NCBI GenBank assembly: GCA_001898505.1
Contig: MKTZ01000021.1
Coordinates: forward strand, 39,151-103,150
Reading direction: 5' to 3'
Origin: Sphingobacteriales bacterium 50-39
GTDB lineage: Bacteria > Bacteroidota > Bacteroidia > Chitinophagales > Chitinophagaceae
DNA length: 64,000 bases
The notes below the pieces were generated by a model. That model ran no database searches, had not been told where the DNA came from, and saw only the letters and a program-made list of their open reading frames with translations. This document shows positions 36,537 through 46,957 of this stretch, piece by piece (the stretch's first letter is position 1; every line of letters starts with the position of its first letter). The position numbers and the translations under genes are program-made.

Positions 36537-37106
36537 CTATTCTTCTTTTAAGATATACCCCATCCCTACCACGGTGTGAATGATACGGGGGGCGCCGGCC
36601 GTCTCCAGCTTCTTACGTAAATAGTTGATATATACGTCCACGGACTTGGTATTCATATTGAAGTCGTACCCCCAGACCTTTTCGAGTATATCCATCCGGG
36701 AAAGCACTTTGCGGGGATTCCGCATCAGATATTCCAGCAGTCTGAACTCCGTTGCGGTGAGTTCGATGGTCCTGCCATCGCGACGGGCATTCTTTTCGTC
36801 GAGATTTAATATGAGGTTGGAGAATACGAGCACATTGCCTTTGTCCTGTGCGGGTCCGCCGGCAGGAGCGGCGGGATGCGGTGTTATGGGTTGGCCGGTG
36901 ACAGCGCCCCTTCGCAACAATGAACGTACCCGGGCCAACAGCTCCGCTATCTTGAACGGCTTGGTAAGGTAGTCATCCGCGCCGGAGTCCAGTCCCATCA
37001 CGATATTGTCCACGGACCCAAGGGCGGTCAGCATCAGTATGGGTGTTTCTATACCCTGTTGCCGGGTCTTCCGGCAAATATCCATGCCATTGCCCCCGGG
37101 GAGCAT
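36537..37106 (-). pseudogene. OmpR-family response regulator with a disrupted receiver N-terminus (paralog of 61672-62364)
   Basis: The ORF begins MLPGGNGMDICRK, which corresponds to LPLMNGYDLARH of the intact paralog. The segment that would hold the phospho-acceptor Asp is missing or out of frame. Upstream receiver-like codons (LTPEDERHEQ ~ LVEDEKKIAE) lie in another frame. The winged-helix DNA-binding domain is intact. Confidence 0.45.
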
Positions 37107-37243
37107 GACGTCTTAATATTCGGTTGTTCATGCCTCTCGTCTTCCGGGGTTAAAGATAGGCCGGAACACACTATTATTCCACGGCTGTCGTTAGAAATAA
37201 GCGTAATGGGCCGTGGGCCCTTACTCCTATACCTGATATTCTT

Positions 37244-39139
37244 ATGAGACGCACCCTACCAGCCTTATCATTGGCACTGACCCTTTCCTTCGCTGTTTCA
37301 AAAGCGCCCCTGGCATCCCCTGCTCCTTCGGGGGAAGACAGTAATATCGTCATCAGCAGCAAAACTGATCGATATTCTTTCGAAGAAGGCGAGAAAGATC
37401 ACCCTGTGATCGTCCGCCAGGAGTCAAAGACCCAGTATTACTGTAGTGAATTACGATCTTCCATCGCCTGGGTGGAAACGTATGATAACCAATCCCGGAT
37501 AGATGGTGTAAAAGTATATGTCAACGGGTCCCGCGACAAAAGCATCCAGCCAAAGGATGAATACTATTCGTCGGGTGATATTTTTTACTCGGACGCGCGG
37601 GTCTATTATTTCTCCCTGCCTTTTGTAAAAAAGGGTACCTCGGATGAGGTGGACCTGGAAAAGACTACCCTGGACCCCCGGTACTTTACTACTGTCTATT
37701 TCACTGAAGAACAGCCGATCCGTCAGAAAACGGTGGAGATCGTGGTCCCCAAATGGATGCATGTGGACATTAAGGAAATGAATTTTGCCGGGAATAGGAT
37801 CATCAAGGCCCATCAATCTGACGACAAGAAGGGGGTGGATATCTATACCTACACTATCTCGAACCTGGCTGCCTTTATCAAAGAACGGAATAGTCCCGGC
37901 CCTACGTATATATATCCGCACCTGCTGATCCTGAGCAAATATGCGGAACTGAAGACGGGAAGGCAGCAATATTTCAATGAGCTAAAGGACCAGTATGCCT
38001 GGTACCGGAGCCTGGTGCTACAGGTGAATAACGACGCTGCGGTGATGAAAGCCAAGGCGGCGGAAATTACCAAGGGGATCACGGGCGACCTGGACAAGGT
38101 AAAAGCTGTCTATCAGTGGGTGCAGGAGAACATCCGATACATCGCCTTCGAGAATGGCATGGCGGGCTTCCGCCCCGAAAAGGCGCAGGACGTCCTGAGC
38201 AAGAAATATGGAGACTGTAAAGGGATGGCCAACCTCACCAAGAACCTGCTCACGGCGCTGGGTTTCGATGCGCGTCTGTGCTGGATTGGTACTGACCATA
38301 TCGCATATGATTATTCCACGCCGTCCATGGCGGTGGATAACCACATGATCTGTGCGCTGAACTATAAGGGTAAAATATATTTCTTAGATGCTACGGAATC
38401 CTATATCGGATTTGGCCAATATGCCCAGCGTATACAGGGGAGACAGGTGTTGATCGAGAATGGCGATAGCTATTTGCTGCAGCGTGTCCCTGTCACCGGC
38501 TGCGAGCAAAATGAAGTGCATAGCAAGTATGACCTGCAGCTGAATGGTTCGACGCTTTCGGGACAGGTATCGCATGTGTGGAAAGGAGAAAATAAGGAGG
38601 ATCTCCTCTTCCAGGCTAACGCCATCCACAAGAACAAATTACAGGAATCCATTTTGGAATTCCTTTCGCGCGGCAATTCCAATTACGTTATTTCAGGGGT
38701 GAAGCAGGATGGGCTGGAGAATCGCAACACCGACCTTTCTTTCCAGTATAAGCTGGTATACAACAATGCCGCCACGGTATTCGATAACGATGTTTATCTG
38801 GACCCGGACTTCCGCAAAGAGTTCGGAGAAGCCGATATCGATACGGCCAGCCGTCACAAGGATTATCTGTTCGACTGTAAAGGGGACTGGATCACGGAGA
38901 CCAATATTATGGTGCCTGCCGGATATAAGGTCCAGGAGCTACCTACAGGATTGGATGTCCAGCGGAAAGGGTATAGCTTTTCCATTTCCTATAAGATGGA
39001 GGGCAGTACGCTGAAATACCGGAAAACCATCTTCATCAAGGACGTGCATCTTCCCAGGTCCGGCTTTGCACAATGGAATACGGATATCGCTCAATTGAAA
39101 AAATCCTATCTCCAGCAGATCACTTTAACCCATAAATAA
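37244..39139 (+). CDS. transglutaminase-like superfamily protein (DUF3857 - transglutaminase core - DUF3858 architecture)
   Basis: Signal peptide. Transglutaminase Cys motif (KYGDCKGMANLTKNLLTALGFDARL). 631 aa. Confidence 0.75.
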   Translation: MRRTLPALSLALTLSFAVSKAPLASPAPSGEDSNIVISSKTDRYSFEEGEKDHPVIVRQESKTQYYCSELRSSIAWVETYDNQSRIDGVKVYVNGSRDKSIQPKDEYYSSGDIFYSDARVYYFSLPFVKKGTSDEVDLEKTTLDPRYFTTVYFTEEQPIRQKTVEIVVPKWMHVDIKEMNFAGNRIIKAHQSDDKKGVDIYTYTISNLAAFIKERNSPGPTYIYPHLLILSKYAELKTGRQQYFNELKDQYAWYRSLVLQVNNDAAVMKAKAAEITKGITGDLDKVKAVYQWVQENIRYIAFENGMAGFRPEKAQDVLSKKYGDCKGMANLTKNLLTALGFDARLCWIGTDHIAYDYSTPSMAVDNHMICALNYKGKIYFLDATESYIGFGQYAQRIQGRQVLIENGDSYLLQRVPVTGCEQNEVHSKYDLQLNGSTLSGQVSHVWKGENKEDLLFQANAIHKNKLQESILEFLSRGNSNYVISGVKQDGLENRNTDLSFQYKLVYNNAATVFDNDVYLDPDFRKEFGEADIDTASRHKDYLFDCKGDWITETNIMVPAGYKVQELPTGLDVQRKGYSFSISYKMEGSTLKYRKTIFIKDVHLPRSGFAQWNTDIAQLKKSYLQQITLTHK

Positions 39140-39159
39140 ATTCACTTCAATATCCCGCT

Positions 39160-41337
39160 ATGAACCGCTCATTACGCATTTGCTTACTACTTGCCCTTGT
39201 GGGTGTCTTCCGTATGACAGCCTCCGGCCAGGCTGATCTGACAAAATATAAGGAAAGGTCCGCTGCCGTCCGGTCGGAAGTATGGGGCTGGAAAGATCCG
39301 GCATTTGCCAATAAGACGGTACCCGCCAGGTTTTCGGGAGAGTCCTGCGTGATCATGGCGAGGAAGGCGTTGATAGAGGCGGACTCGAAGAGGCGTATGG
39401 ACTGGGCCCTGGCCAGCCACCGAAACTACTACTACAACAGCACGGTGAGGGAAATGGTAAAGATCAATGACAAGGCATCCCTGGAGGAATTTTCCCAGCT
39501 GAGTTATCACCAGTTCAAAAAACTGAATGGCTGGATGTCCGGCACTACTACCACCTTTGTGGGGGCGCGGATCATCAAGCCGGATGGCTCGATAAAGGAA
39601 GTGAACACGGACGAAACGGTTACGCTGAACGATACGAAGACCAGCAGACAAAGCAAGCTGGCGATCAGCGATCTCCAGGTTGGCGATATGCTCGACTATT
39701 ATGTAAGAACGGAGGAATATTCGCAGGATTATAAGGAGCCGGAAAGACTTATCTTTTATTTTGGGGATGACCATCCTATCGTGGACTTTTCGCTGCACTG
39801 CGAGATAGGGAGTAAATACACGGTGCAGTACACTTCGATGAACAAGGCGCCTGAAGCCAAACAATCGACCAATGACGATAAGGACGTCATTCTCGACATC
39901 GGGATGAAGGATATCCCTTCTGCTCCAACTGGATTTTGGATGTCCTCGATCCGTGAGCTGCCTGCCTTCCGGCTGAATGTCCTGGGTGGCGGTTCCAAGC
40001 CGGTAAAGGATGTTCCCCTTACGGACGTCTTCAATACGATGACCTATTATCTAGTCAATCTCGATGTTCAGACCCAGTTCCAGATGATCAGGCAACAGAT
40101 GGTAGACATTATGCGTGCTACAGACCGCGATTATCGCAAGCTTCCGGAAGACAGCGTGGCCAGGCTGGCTATTTATGCCTATCGCTTTTTGAGATACTAC
40201 AACAAGGTGGATAATGACCTGGAGGTAGGAGAGGATCGCAACAGTATGGATATAAACGACTATTACTACCTGGGGACGCTGCAATACACGTTGAAACATT
40301 TTGGTGTCAAATCGACCTTTGTGACGGCGCCATACAAGCATGGGCCGGATATCCAGCACATCATGGGAGTGGGTGACATGTCGTTGCTCCTGCGCGTGGA
40401 CGTGGACAAACCTTTTTATGTCTCCAATCTGAACATGTTCTCTTGTCCGAACTATATTCCTGCCGCCGTGGAAGGACAACCTTGTGCGGAAGTCCGTTCC
40501 TTCAAAAAAGGCGACATCGTGGGAATGAATGCAAAGATGCCGCTGAGCACTGCCGAGGAAAACCAGCAGCAGGAAAACCTTCAGGTGAAGCTGAATGGGG
40601 CGGATATGCAGTTGCTGCATGTAAACAGGCATACTGTCCTGAAGGGGAAGCTGAAAGAAGCCGAGCAGCTGCGTCTCCTCAATTTCGAAGATTGTTACGA
40701 ATCGGAAAGGAGCGCGTTGCATGTGGAGAAATCCATTATGGATGACCTGAAAAAAGCCCGGAGAAGCAAGAATGTTTCAGAAGACTATGCCACGGCCCTG
40801 AAAAAGGCCAGGGAGTCCCTGAAAGACCGCTTCAAGGAGGAGATTTCCTCCGAGTTCGAGAAGGATCCCAAAGACGTCCTTGCCTGGAAAGTGGAAAACC
40901 CGGGTCTGCGCAGCGCGTCGCCGGACCTGGTCTATTCAACGGAATTCACGGTGGATGGTCTGATGCAACGGGCGGGCAATAACTTTATACTCAATATCGG
41001 CAAGGTGGTCAATTCACCGCTAAAGCTGACTCCCTCTCAACGAACCCGCAATGTAGACATCTATATGCCCTATGCCCGAACCCTGGATTGCTCTGTGAGC
41101 TTCCTCATACCGGAGGGGTACACGGTCCAGGGTATGGACAAGCTGAATAAAACCACACAGAATGGCTGCGGGTCTGTCGTCACGAGCGCCCAGGTTCAGG
41201 GCAACCAGCTGATCGTACATTTTCGCCGTCAGTACAAACATGATCAGGAGCCGGCGGGCAACTGGCCGCAGCTGTTGGCCATTCTCGACGCCTGCACGGA
41301 CTTTGCCGACCAGAAGGTATTGCTTAAAAAAGGTTAA
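39160..41337 (+). CDS. DUF3857-like secreted protein (partner of the transglutaminase-like protein)
   Basis: Signal peptide MNRSLRICLLLALVGVFRMTASGQ. 725 aa. Tandem with the preceding gene, as commonly seen for DUF3857/transglutaminase pairs. Confidence 0.5.
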   Translation: MNRSLRICLLLALVGVFRMTASGQADLTKYKERSAAVRSEVWGWKDPAFANKTVPARFSGESCVIMARKALIEADSKRRMDWALASHRNYYYNSTVREMVKINDKASLEEFSQLSYHQFKKLNGWMSGTTTTFVGARIIKPDGSIKEVNTDETVTLNDTKTSRQSKLAISDLQVGDMLDYYVRTEEYSQDYKEPERLIFYFGDDHPIVDFSLHCEIGSKYTVQYTSMNKAPEAKQSTNDDKDVILDIGMKDIPSAPTGFWMSSIRELPAFRLNVLGGGSKPVKDVPLTDVFNTMTYYLVNLDVQTQFQMIRQQMVDIMRATDRDYRKLPEDSVARLAIYAYRFLRYYNKVDNDLEVGEDRNSMDINDYYYLGTLQYTLKHFGVKSTFVTAPYKHGPDIQHIMGVGDMSLLLRVDVDKPFYVSNLNMFSCPNYIPAAVEGQPCAEVRSFKKGDIVGMNAKMPLSTAEENQQQENLQVKLNGADMQLLHVNRHTVLKGKLKEAEQLRLLNFEDCYESERSALHVEKSIMDDLKKARRSKNVSEDYATALKKARESLKDRFKEEISSEFEKDPKDVLAWKVENPGLRSASPDLVYSTEFTVDGLMQRAGNNFILNIGKVVNSPLKLTPSQRTRNVDIYMPYARTLDCSVSFLIPEGYTVQGMDKLNKTTQNGCGSVVTSAQVQGNQLIVHFRRQYKHDQEPAGNWPQLLAILDACTDFADQKVLLKKG

Positions 41338-42602
41338 TGGGGCAATCGCTCTATCCTGCCGCGTAACAGCTTTTTTTCTGCAAGAGAAGGTGTGAGCTCA
41401 TAGGCGTTTTCCAGCAGCCCACGGGCCTCTGTGATGTTGCCGGCCTTGCTGTAAAGGTCTCCCAGTACCGCGTTGTAGATATAATGATGCTTTAACAGAT
41501 AGGCGATGCCGGGCAGTTCCCGGATGATGCCGATAGCTTCTTCCACCAGACCCAATTGCGCCAGTATGATGGCCCTGTTGAGCATCACTATGGGAATGGG
41601 TTTGTATTCCAGCAGACAATCGTAGAGCTTTAGCATGTGCTTCCAGTTGGTGGAGGCAAAATCGCGGGCCAGGCAATGCTCGGCGGCGATGGCGGACTCA
41701 ATATGATATATGGAAAGATGATCGCCCGTGGAGGAGCGATTCAAATAATAATATCCCCAGCGTATCAGGTCCTGGTTCCACAGGCGGCGGTCCTGATGTT
41801 CCAGCAAGATAATGGAATTGTCGTCTCCGATGCGGCTGTCAAAGCGGGATGCCTGGAAGCACATGAGGGACAGGAGCGCGTACGTGGAAGGGGTATTGCC
41901 AACGGGGTGTTCTGTCAGCAGCTTGCAAAGCCGCATGGCTTCGGAGCAAAGATCGTAACGGATAAGCTCATCCGCCTTGCTGGAATTATAGCCTTCATTG
42001 AACAGGAGATACAGGACGGTGTATACGGATTCGAGCCGGTGGTGCAGCTCCTGGCCGACCGGTATTTCAAACCGGATGGAGTGTTCCTTAATATATTCTT
42101 TGGCTCTGTAGAGCCTTTTTTGGATGGTGGCGTCGTTGGAGACGAGCGCTTTGGCGATCTCGGCGGCGCTAAGGCCCGATACTGTTTTTAGTGTCAGCGC
42201 TACCTGGTCTTCGGTGTTCAGGGCGGGATGACAGCAGGTGAATATCATGCGTAGCTGGCTATCGGCTATTTCCGTGTCGAGAAAGAATTGCTGGATGGCG
42301 TCCTCTGTTCCTGTCTGGAGACGAAGACGGAGCTCTTCGGAGATGTCCGACATTTTTTGCTGACGGCGGATGAGGTCGATGGTCCTGTTGCGGGCCACCT
42401 GCATAAGCCAGCCGGAGGGGTTGTCGGGTATGGGTTGGAATTTCCATACCTGCAGGGCTTTTAAAAATGTCTCCTGCACGGTGTCTTCTACCAGCTCGAG
42501 GTTGTGAATACCGAAGATACGGGTTAACACAGCGATCATCCTTCCCGCCTGGTGACGGAAAAGATGATCGACCAATTGTTGTGAAGAATTTTCTGCGCTC
42601 AT
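41334..42602 (-). CDS. ECF-type sigma-70 factor with long C-terminal TPR-like extension
   Basis: N-terminal region 2/region 4 sigma motifs (EDTVQETFLKALQVW, LSAAEIAKALVSNDATIQKRLYRAKEYI) plus a ~240-aa helical C-terminal domain. Downstream of a YCII-like gene, a known pairing. Confidence 0.75.
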   Translation of the reverse strand: MSAENSSQQLVDHLFRHQAGRMIAVLTRIFGIHNLELVEDTVQETFLKALQVWKFQPIPDNPSGWLMQVARNRTIDLIRRQQKMSDISEELRLRLQTGTEDAIQQFFLDTEIADSQLRMIFTCCHPALNTEDQVALTLKTVSGLSAAEIAKALVSNDATIQKRLYRAKEYIKEHSIRFEIPVGQELHHRLESVYTVLYLLFNEGYNSSKADELIRYDLCSEAMRLCKLLTEHPVGNTPSTYALLSLMCFQASRFDSRIGDDNSIILLEHQDRRLWNQDLIRWGYYYLNRSSTGDHLSIYHIESAIAAEHCLARDFASTNWKHMLKLYDCLLEYKPIPIVMLNRAIILAQLGLVEEAIGIIRELPGIAYLLKHHYIYNAVLGDLYSKAGNITEARGLLENAYELTPSLAEKKLLRGRIERLPH

Positions 42603-42604
42603 AC

Positions 42605-42958
42605 TCAGGGATGCATAGGGATCTTCATGATCTCGCGGATCTCGACGGAACCCTGTATCTCAAAATCAGGGAAGCCCATGGCAAGTTCTGTCGCTTCTTC
42701 CAGGGATTCCGCGGAGAGGATAAAGTATCCTCCGACCAGCTCTTTCCCTTCGGCGAATGGCCCATCCGTAACGACGGGTTTCTTGCCCTGGATCGTTTTG
42801 CCGCCGGGCATCAGGGGATCTCCGCCCTTGTACCGGCCCTTTTGCTGCAGCTGATTGATCCAGCCAAACCATTTTTCCATGGAGGCTTGAGATTCCTCGG
42901 GGCTCATTTTCAGGTCCTCTGGGGTGGGACCGCGGAAGACAAACATAAAATCTTTCAT
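42605..42958 (-). CDS. YCII-related (DGPF) domain protein
   Basis: 117 aa with the DGPFAEGKE motif typical of YciI-like proteins. 2-nt gap to the sigma factor gene. Confidence 0.75.
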   Translation of the reverse strand: MKDFMFVFRGPTPEDLKMSPEESQASMEKWFGWINQLQQKGRYKGGDPLMPGGKTIQGKKPVVTDGPFAEGKELVGGYFILSAESLEEATELAMGFPDFEIQGSVEIREIMKIPMHP

Positions 42959-43043
42959 GTTGACGTTTTTTGGGGATTAATAATGGAATATTATCACCTT
43001 GACGAACGGGTAAAAGCGTTTCGGACAAATTTTGGACAAATTT

Positions 43044-43979
43044 TTATTTTTTCCGAATAGTGTTGCTTAATGCCTGGAAATCCTTTAGATAGACGGGGAA
43101 ATTCTTGTTTGCCTGCCCTTGCATGACAACGGCAGTCTCTCCGATGACAACAACATGCTGGTATATGTATACTTCTTTACCTTGATTCGTGCCATAAATC
43201 TCCCGTTGAAAAGAGGGAAATCCATTGGTCTTTCCCGTGACGACATGATCTGCCGAGAGAACTGTAAGTCCATACTTTCTGGTGTTGCCTAGCATAATAT
43301 CTGCCATCATCGCGGGCATAAGGCCTTCTGCCGGCAGGGGAGTAACCATAAAAAATGCGTTGCTGCTGTCGGGCAATTTCTCCTGGCCGTTGAAGTAGTA
43401 TATATACATGTCAGATTTGTACTGGAAAAACTTTAGCCTTGTCTGCGAATCATCCAGTGTAAAGGTCGTATATGCAAAGGGGTCTACCTTAAAGGACTTG
43501 TCGTAATAGATGGTCTGCATAGCTTTCTGCAGGTCGGTTCCCATTTTACTGTCCGTGCTGGAATAAGCGCCCATTACCGCTACGAAGAAGGTAGTATCAC
43601 CAAAGGCGAGGGTGTAAACATTGGTTCCATCCGGACTTTGCGTCAGGATCATTTTGGCCGGATAACCGTCAATTGTGAGCTCCTTGTAGTCCAATATCTT
43701 TATGCCTTTGGCTTCGAAGGCTGCCCTGCTGAAGTCAGCCGTGCTTATATAAAAATTCCCGTCTGGATTTTCTGCTACTCTGATCACTGCTTTGTCTTCA
43801 TTTTGAATGGCTGACACATCGTTGGATGGCGTAAACCCCTGTGGTGGCACGATAAAGACCTTCGACCTGGGCATATTGATATGCGCAGAGGTCTTTGCGG
43901 ACTTTATTTCCGTAGGTATGGTTTGTTCGTAGCTGAGGATGCCGATGGAGAGCAGGTAAAGAGTAAACAGGTATTTCAT
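43044..43979 (-). CDS. hypothetical secreted protein
   Basis: Signal peptide MKYLFTLYLLSIGILSYEQ. 311 aa. No recognised motif. Confidence 0.5.
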   Translation of the reverse strand: MKYLFTLYLLSIGILSYEQTIPTEIKSAKTSAHINMPRSKVFIVPPQGFTPSNDVSAIQNEDKAVIRVAENPDGNFYISTADFSRAAFEAKGIKILDYKELTIDGYPAKMILTQSPDGTNVYTLAFGDTTFFVAVMGAYSSTDSKMGTDLQKAMQTIYYDKSFKVDPFAYTTFTLDDSQTRLKFFQYKSDMYIYYFNGQEKLPDSSNAFFMVTPLPAEGLMPAMMADIMLGNTRKYGLTVLSADHVVTGKTNGFPSFQREIYGTNQGKEVYIYQHVVVIGETAVVMQGQANKNFPVYLKDFQALSNTIRKK

Positions 43980-44605
43980 TTTCTTACGATGTTATAGATT
44001 GGAACAGGCGGATCGAAGGATTGATTGTTCTCGGGCCTGGCATAAATATTCCGGACGATGTCCATTCCATTTACCACCTTTCCAAAGGCGGCATAGCCTT
44101 GTTTGTCGGGGTTATTGTCTCCTCCGAAGTCAAATCCGGGCTGGGGGCCTATACATATAAAAAACTCGGTTGTGGCGGTGCCCGGTGTTGTACGGGCCAG
44201 GGAGATGACTCCATCTTTATGAAGGATATGCGTTTGTTGGGTACTCTCGTGGGGGGTGCCGGGAAGGGAGGATGCTTTTTTTTGATTGGTCCGCCATATG
44301 CCTCCCTGGATCAGATTGGACCTGTCTGCCTCGGAAGATTGATTTTCATCATTGAGCACCCGGTAGAAGGAGGCATTGTGGTAAAATCCGCTGTCGACGT
44401 AGGATAAGAAGGCGGCAACGGTCTTTGGCGCCTGTTCGGGATATAGTTCCAGCTCGATGTCGCCCGCGGCGGTCCTGATCTGTACATGTGGTTGTTTGCT
44501 ATTCGAGCTTCCTCCACAGGACAGGAGGAATATTGAACAAGATATCAGCAGGTAATAATTGCGCATGATGTACGGGAATTGGTCTTTGCAGTAAATGTAG
44601 CCCAA
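43976..44605 (-). CDS. cyclophilin-type peptidyl-prolyl cis-trans isomerase
   Basis: Lipoprotein-like signal. Cyclophilin motifs (FYRVLN...LIQGG, AFGKVVNGMDIVRNI). Confidence 0.8.
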   Translation of the reverse strand: MGYIYCKDQFPYIMRNYYLLISCSIFLLSCGGSSNSKQPHVQIRTAAGDIELELYPEQAPKTVAAFLSYVDSGFYHNASFYRVLNDENQSSEADRSNLIQGGIWRTNQKKASSLPGTPHESTQQTHILHKDGVISLARTTPGTATTEFFICIGPQPGFDFGGDNNPDKQGYAAFGKVVNGMDIVRNIYARPENNQSFDPPVPIYNIVRK

Positions 44606-44693
44606 TTCCCGTAAACCGCTAATGTCTGTCCTTCGGACGAACCCCTTTCAGGGGTTTAGGCACAAAATACCTAAATAATGACGATATTGCCGC

Positions 44694-45350
44694 ATGCAAC
44701 TGGACTTCCCTTTCCTGCAACTGGTCTTCGTAGGGTTCTTAGCTTTATTTCCGGCAGTCAATCCGGTGGGGTCCGCCTTTATCGTAGATCCTTTGCTCAC
44801 GGGACTGGATCATGCGCAGCGGCGGGCGGCTACTAAACGAATCGCCTTTTACTGTCTGGTCATTTGTACGGTGTCCATTATCGCGGGCTCGTATATCTTG
44901 AAGCTGTTTGGCATCTCCATACCTATCGTGCAGCTATGCGGGGGCATCATGATCTGCCGTATGGGCTGGCAGCTGCTGACTTCCGAAGATGGCATCCAAA
45001 AAGGCAATAAAGAGACCGCCCGGCCGTCGGGGGAGATAGAGAATATCCTCTTCTACCCTATAGCCTTTCCCATGACTACGGGCGCGGGTACTATTTCCGT
45101 ATTGCTGACCCTTAGCGCTCATGGGGAGGATACGGATATGTCCAAGCATCTTGTCAAGCTGGGCGCCCTCTTTATCGCCATCGTACTTATTTGTATCCTG
45201 ATCTATATCTGTTATGTCAACACCCCCCGTCTGATCAGAAAACTCGGGCCAAGGGGCGAGCAGATCGTCAATAAGCTGAGCGCCTTTCTCGTCTTTTGTA
45301 TTGGCATGCAGATAGCGTCTGCCGGCATACGGGCTTTGTTGAAATTATAG
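44694..45350 (+). CDS. MarC family (UPF0056) integral membrane protein
   Basis: 218 aa with six predicted TM helices. Start MQLDFPFLQLVFVGFLALFPAVNPVG is typical of the MarC/NAAT family. Confidence 0.7.
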   Translation: MQLDFPFLQLVFVGFLALFPAVNPVGSAFIVDPLLTGLDHAQRRAATKRIAFYCLVICTVSIIAGSYILKLFGISIPIVQLCGGIMICRMGWQLLTSEDGIQKGNKETARPSGEIENILFYPIAFPMTTGAGTISVLLTLSAHGEDTDMSKHLVKLGALFIAIVLICILIYICYVNTPRLIRKLGPRGEQIVNKLSAFLVFCIGMQIASAGIRALLKL

Positions 45351-46157
45351 CGCATTCTTTATTTCCTTTATCGTCTCTGCAAACGCCTTTTCTTCCTGTA
45401 CGTCCGGCTGCCAGGCCAGGCCTCTTTCCATCAGGTCGATGGACCGGACGATGGTAGAACCTTCTTGCCCTTCCTTTTTACCCAGGATGAATACGGTGTC
45501 GGAGATGGCCACTGTGGTGGGGATATCATGTGACACGATGATCAGGGTCTTGAACTCATGGGAAAGGGATACTTTCAGCAGGAGGTTTACCACTTTGTCG
45601 AGCACACAGACATCGAGCCCGGAAAAAGGTTCATCGAGCAGGAGAAAGTCGGATCCTTTCAACAGCTGCTGTATGATGCTGACCCTTTGTTGCTGACCGC
45701 CGGATAACTGTTTCGGATATCTTTTCAGTACATCGGACAGATCGAACTGGGCGGCATATTCACGGATGGCGTCATTTTCCATTCCTTTAAGCGCTTTGTT
45801 CCGATGGGCCGCCAGCCGCAGGGATTCTTCTACGGTGCGCCAGCCGAACTGATAATAGTTCTGGAAGATGACGCCCATGTCGCCGGCATGTACGGGACGG
45901 AGCGTCCAGGGAAGACCTGAACCAGCCACGAGGATCTGGCCTTTGTCCGGCTTTTGCAGACCCGACAGCGTACGGAACAGCTGTGTCTTACCGATGCCGC
46001 TGCGGCCAATGATGGATACCACCTGTCCCTGCTGCATACCCGGGCGGATGATATCGTCGATGCTGAAATTGATATCACACAAAATGCATTTATTGTCGTA
46101 ATACAGGGAAAGCCCCTTTACTTGCAAAAGGGTTTCCCCTCTGGAATAGATCGTCAT
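45345..46157 (-). CDS. ABC transporter ATP-binding protein
   Basis: Walker A (GRSGIGKTQ), ABC signature (LSGGQQQRVSI), Walker B (LLLDEPFSGLD). Confidence 0.85.
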   Translation of the reverse strand: MTIYSRGETLLQVKGLSLYYDNKCILCDINFSIDDIIRPGMQQGQVVSIIGRSGIGKTQLFRTLSGLQKPDKGQILVAGSGLPWTLRPVHAGDMGVIFQNYYQFGWRTVEESLRLAAHRNKALKGMENDAIREYAAQFDLSDVLKRYPKQLSGGQQQRVSIIQQLLKGSDFLLLDEPFSGLDVCVLDKVVNLLLKVSLSHEFKTLIIVSHDIPTTVAISDTVFILGKKEGQEGSTIVRSIDLMERGLAWQPDVQEEKAFAETIKEIKNAL

Positions 46158-46159
46158 AG

Positions 46160-46915
46160 TTACAATTTGGTATAAGGGAAGAACCAGTTACGTAATACTT
46201 TTAGTAAATAGTCAAAGAAAAGGCCCAGGCAAAAGATCACGGTCTGCAGCGCGATGACGTGTACGAGGTCGTTGTATTTGTTGTACTTGATCAATATGGT
46301 GCCAATACCGCCTTCGCTCATACTCAAGCCCTCCACCATCGTGATCATCATCCAGGCAATGGCAAAGTTCTGCCGGACGATGTCGAAGACCTGGTCGGCC
46401 TTGCCGACAATGATCACTTCATAGAGGCATTGCCAGCGGCTGTAGCCTAATGTCTGGCAGAGCTCGAACTCCTGTGCGTTGGTCTGCAGGATCACGGACA
46501 TAAAGGATGTCGTGAAGAAAGGCACGATACCAAAGACGAGCAGCGAGAGCTTTAGCTGGCTGCCATCCCTTGTCAGCAGGGTAAAGATGAAGATCAGGCC
46601 TGTCAACGTGAGATAGCGACATTTTACGATGAACTGTGCGATGGGTCGGAAGAAGGGTACTACGGACAGATAAGAAAATATCAGCGTGATCAGCACGGAG
46701 AAGAAAAGGGCTTTTAACGTCAGTACCAGGCTCACCAGCACGTTGTCCCATAGCAGGCTTGAGGTGATCAGCCCTCCCAGTCCCTCTCCGATCTTCAGCG
46801 GTGAGGGGATAAGCCCGGCAGGCAATGACTGCCACAGGGAAAGGAAGACGATCACCTGCAGGGTCACCAGTGTCAGGGCGGTGGTGTGGCTGATCTTTTC
46901 AAAAGGTCTAAACAT
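46160..46915 (-). CDS. ABC transporter permease
   Basis: 251 aa with six TM helices. Binding-protein-dependent transport motif region (EGLSMSEGG). Confidence 0.75.
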   Translation of the reverse strand: MFRPFEKISHTTALTLVTLQVIVFLSLWQSLPAGLIPSPLKIGEGLGGLITSSLLWDNVLVSLVLTLKALFFSVLITLIFSYLSVVPFFRPIAQFIVKCRYLTLTGLIFIFTLLTRDGSQLKLSLLVFGIVPFFTTSFMSVILQTNAQEFELCQTLGYSRWQCLYEVIIVGKADQVFDIVRQNFAIAWMMITMVEGLSMSEGGIGTILIKYNKYNDLVHVIALQTVIFCLGLFFDYLLKVLRNWFFPYTKL

Positions 46916-46957
46916 AGAAGTATATTTATGGGGACAGCGTCAGCTGTCCCCGGGTGA

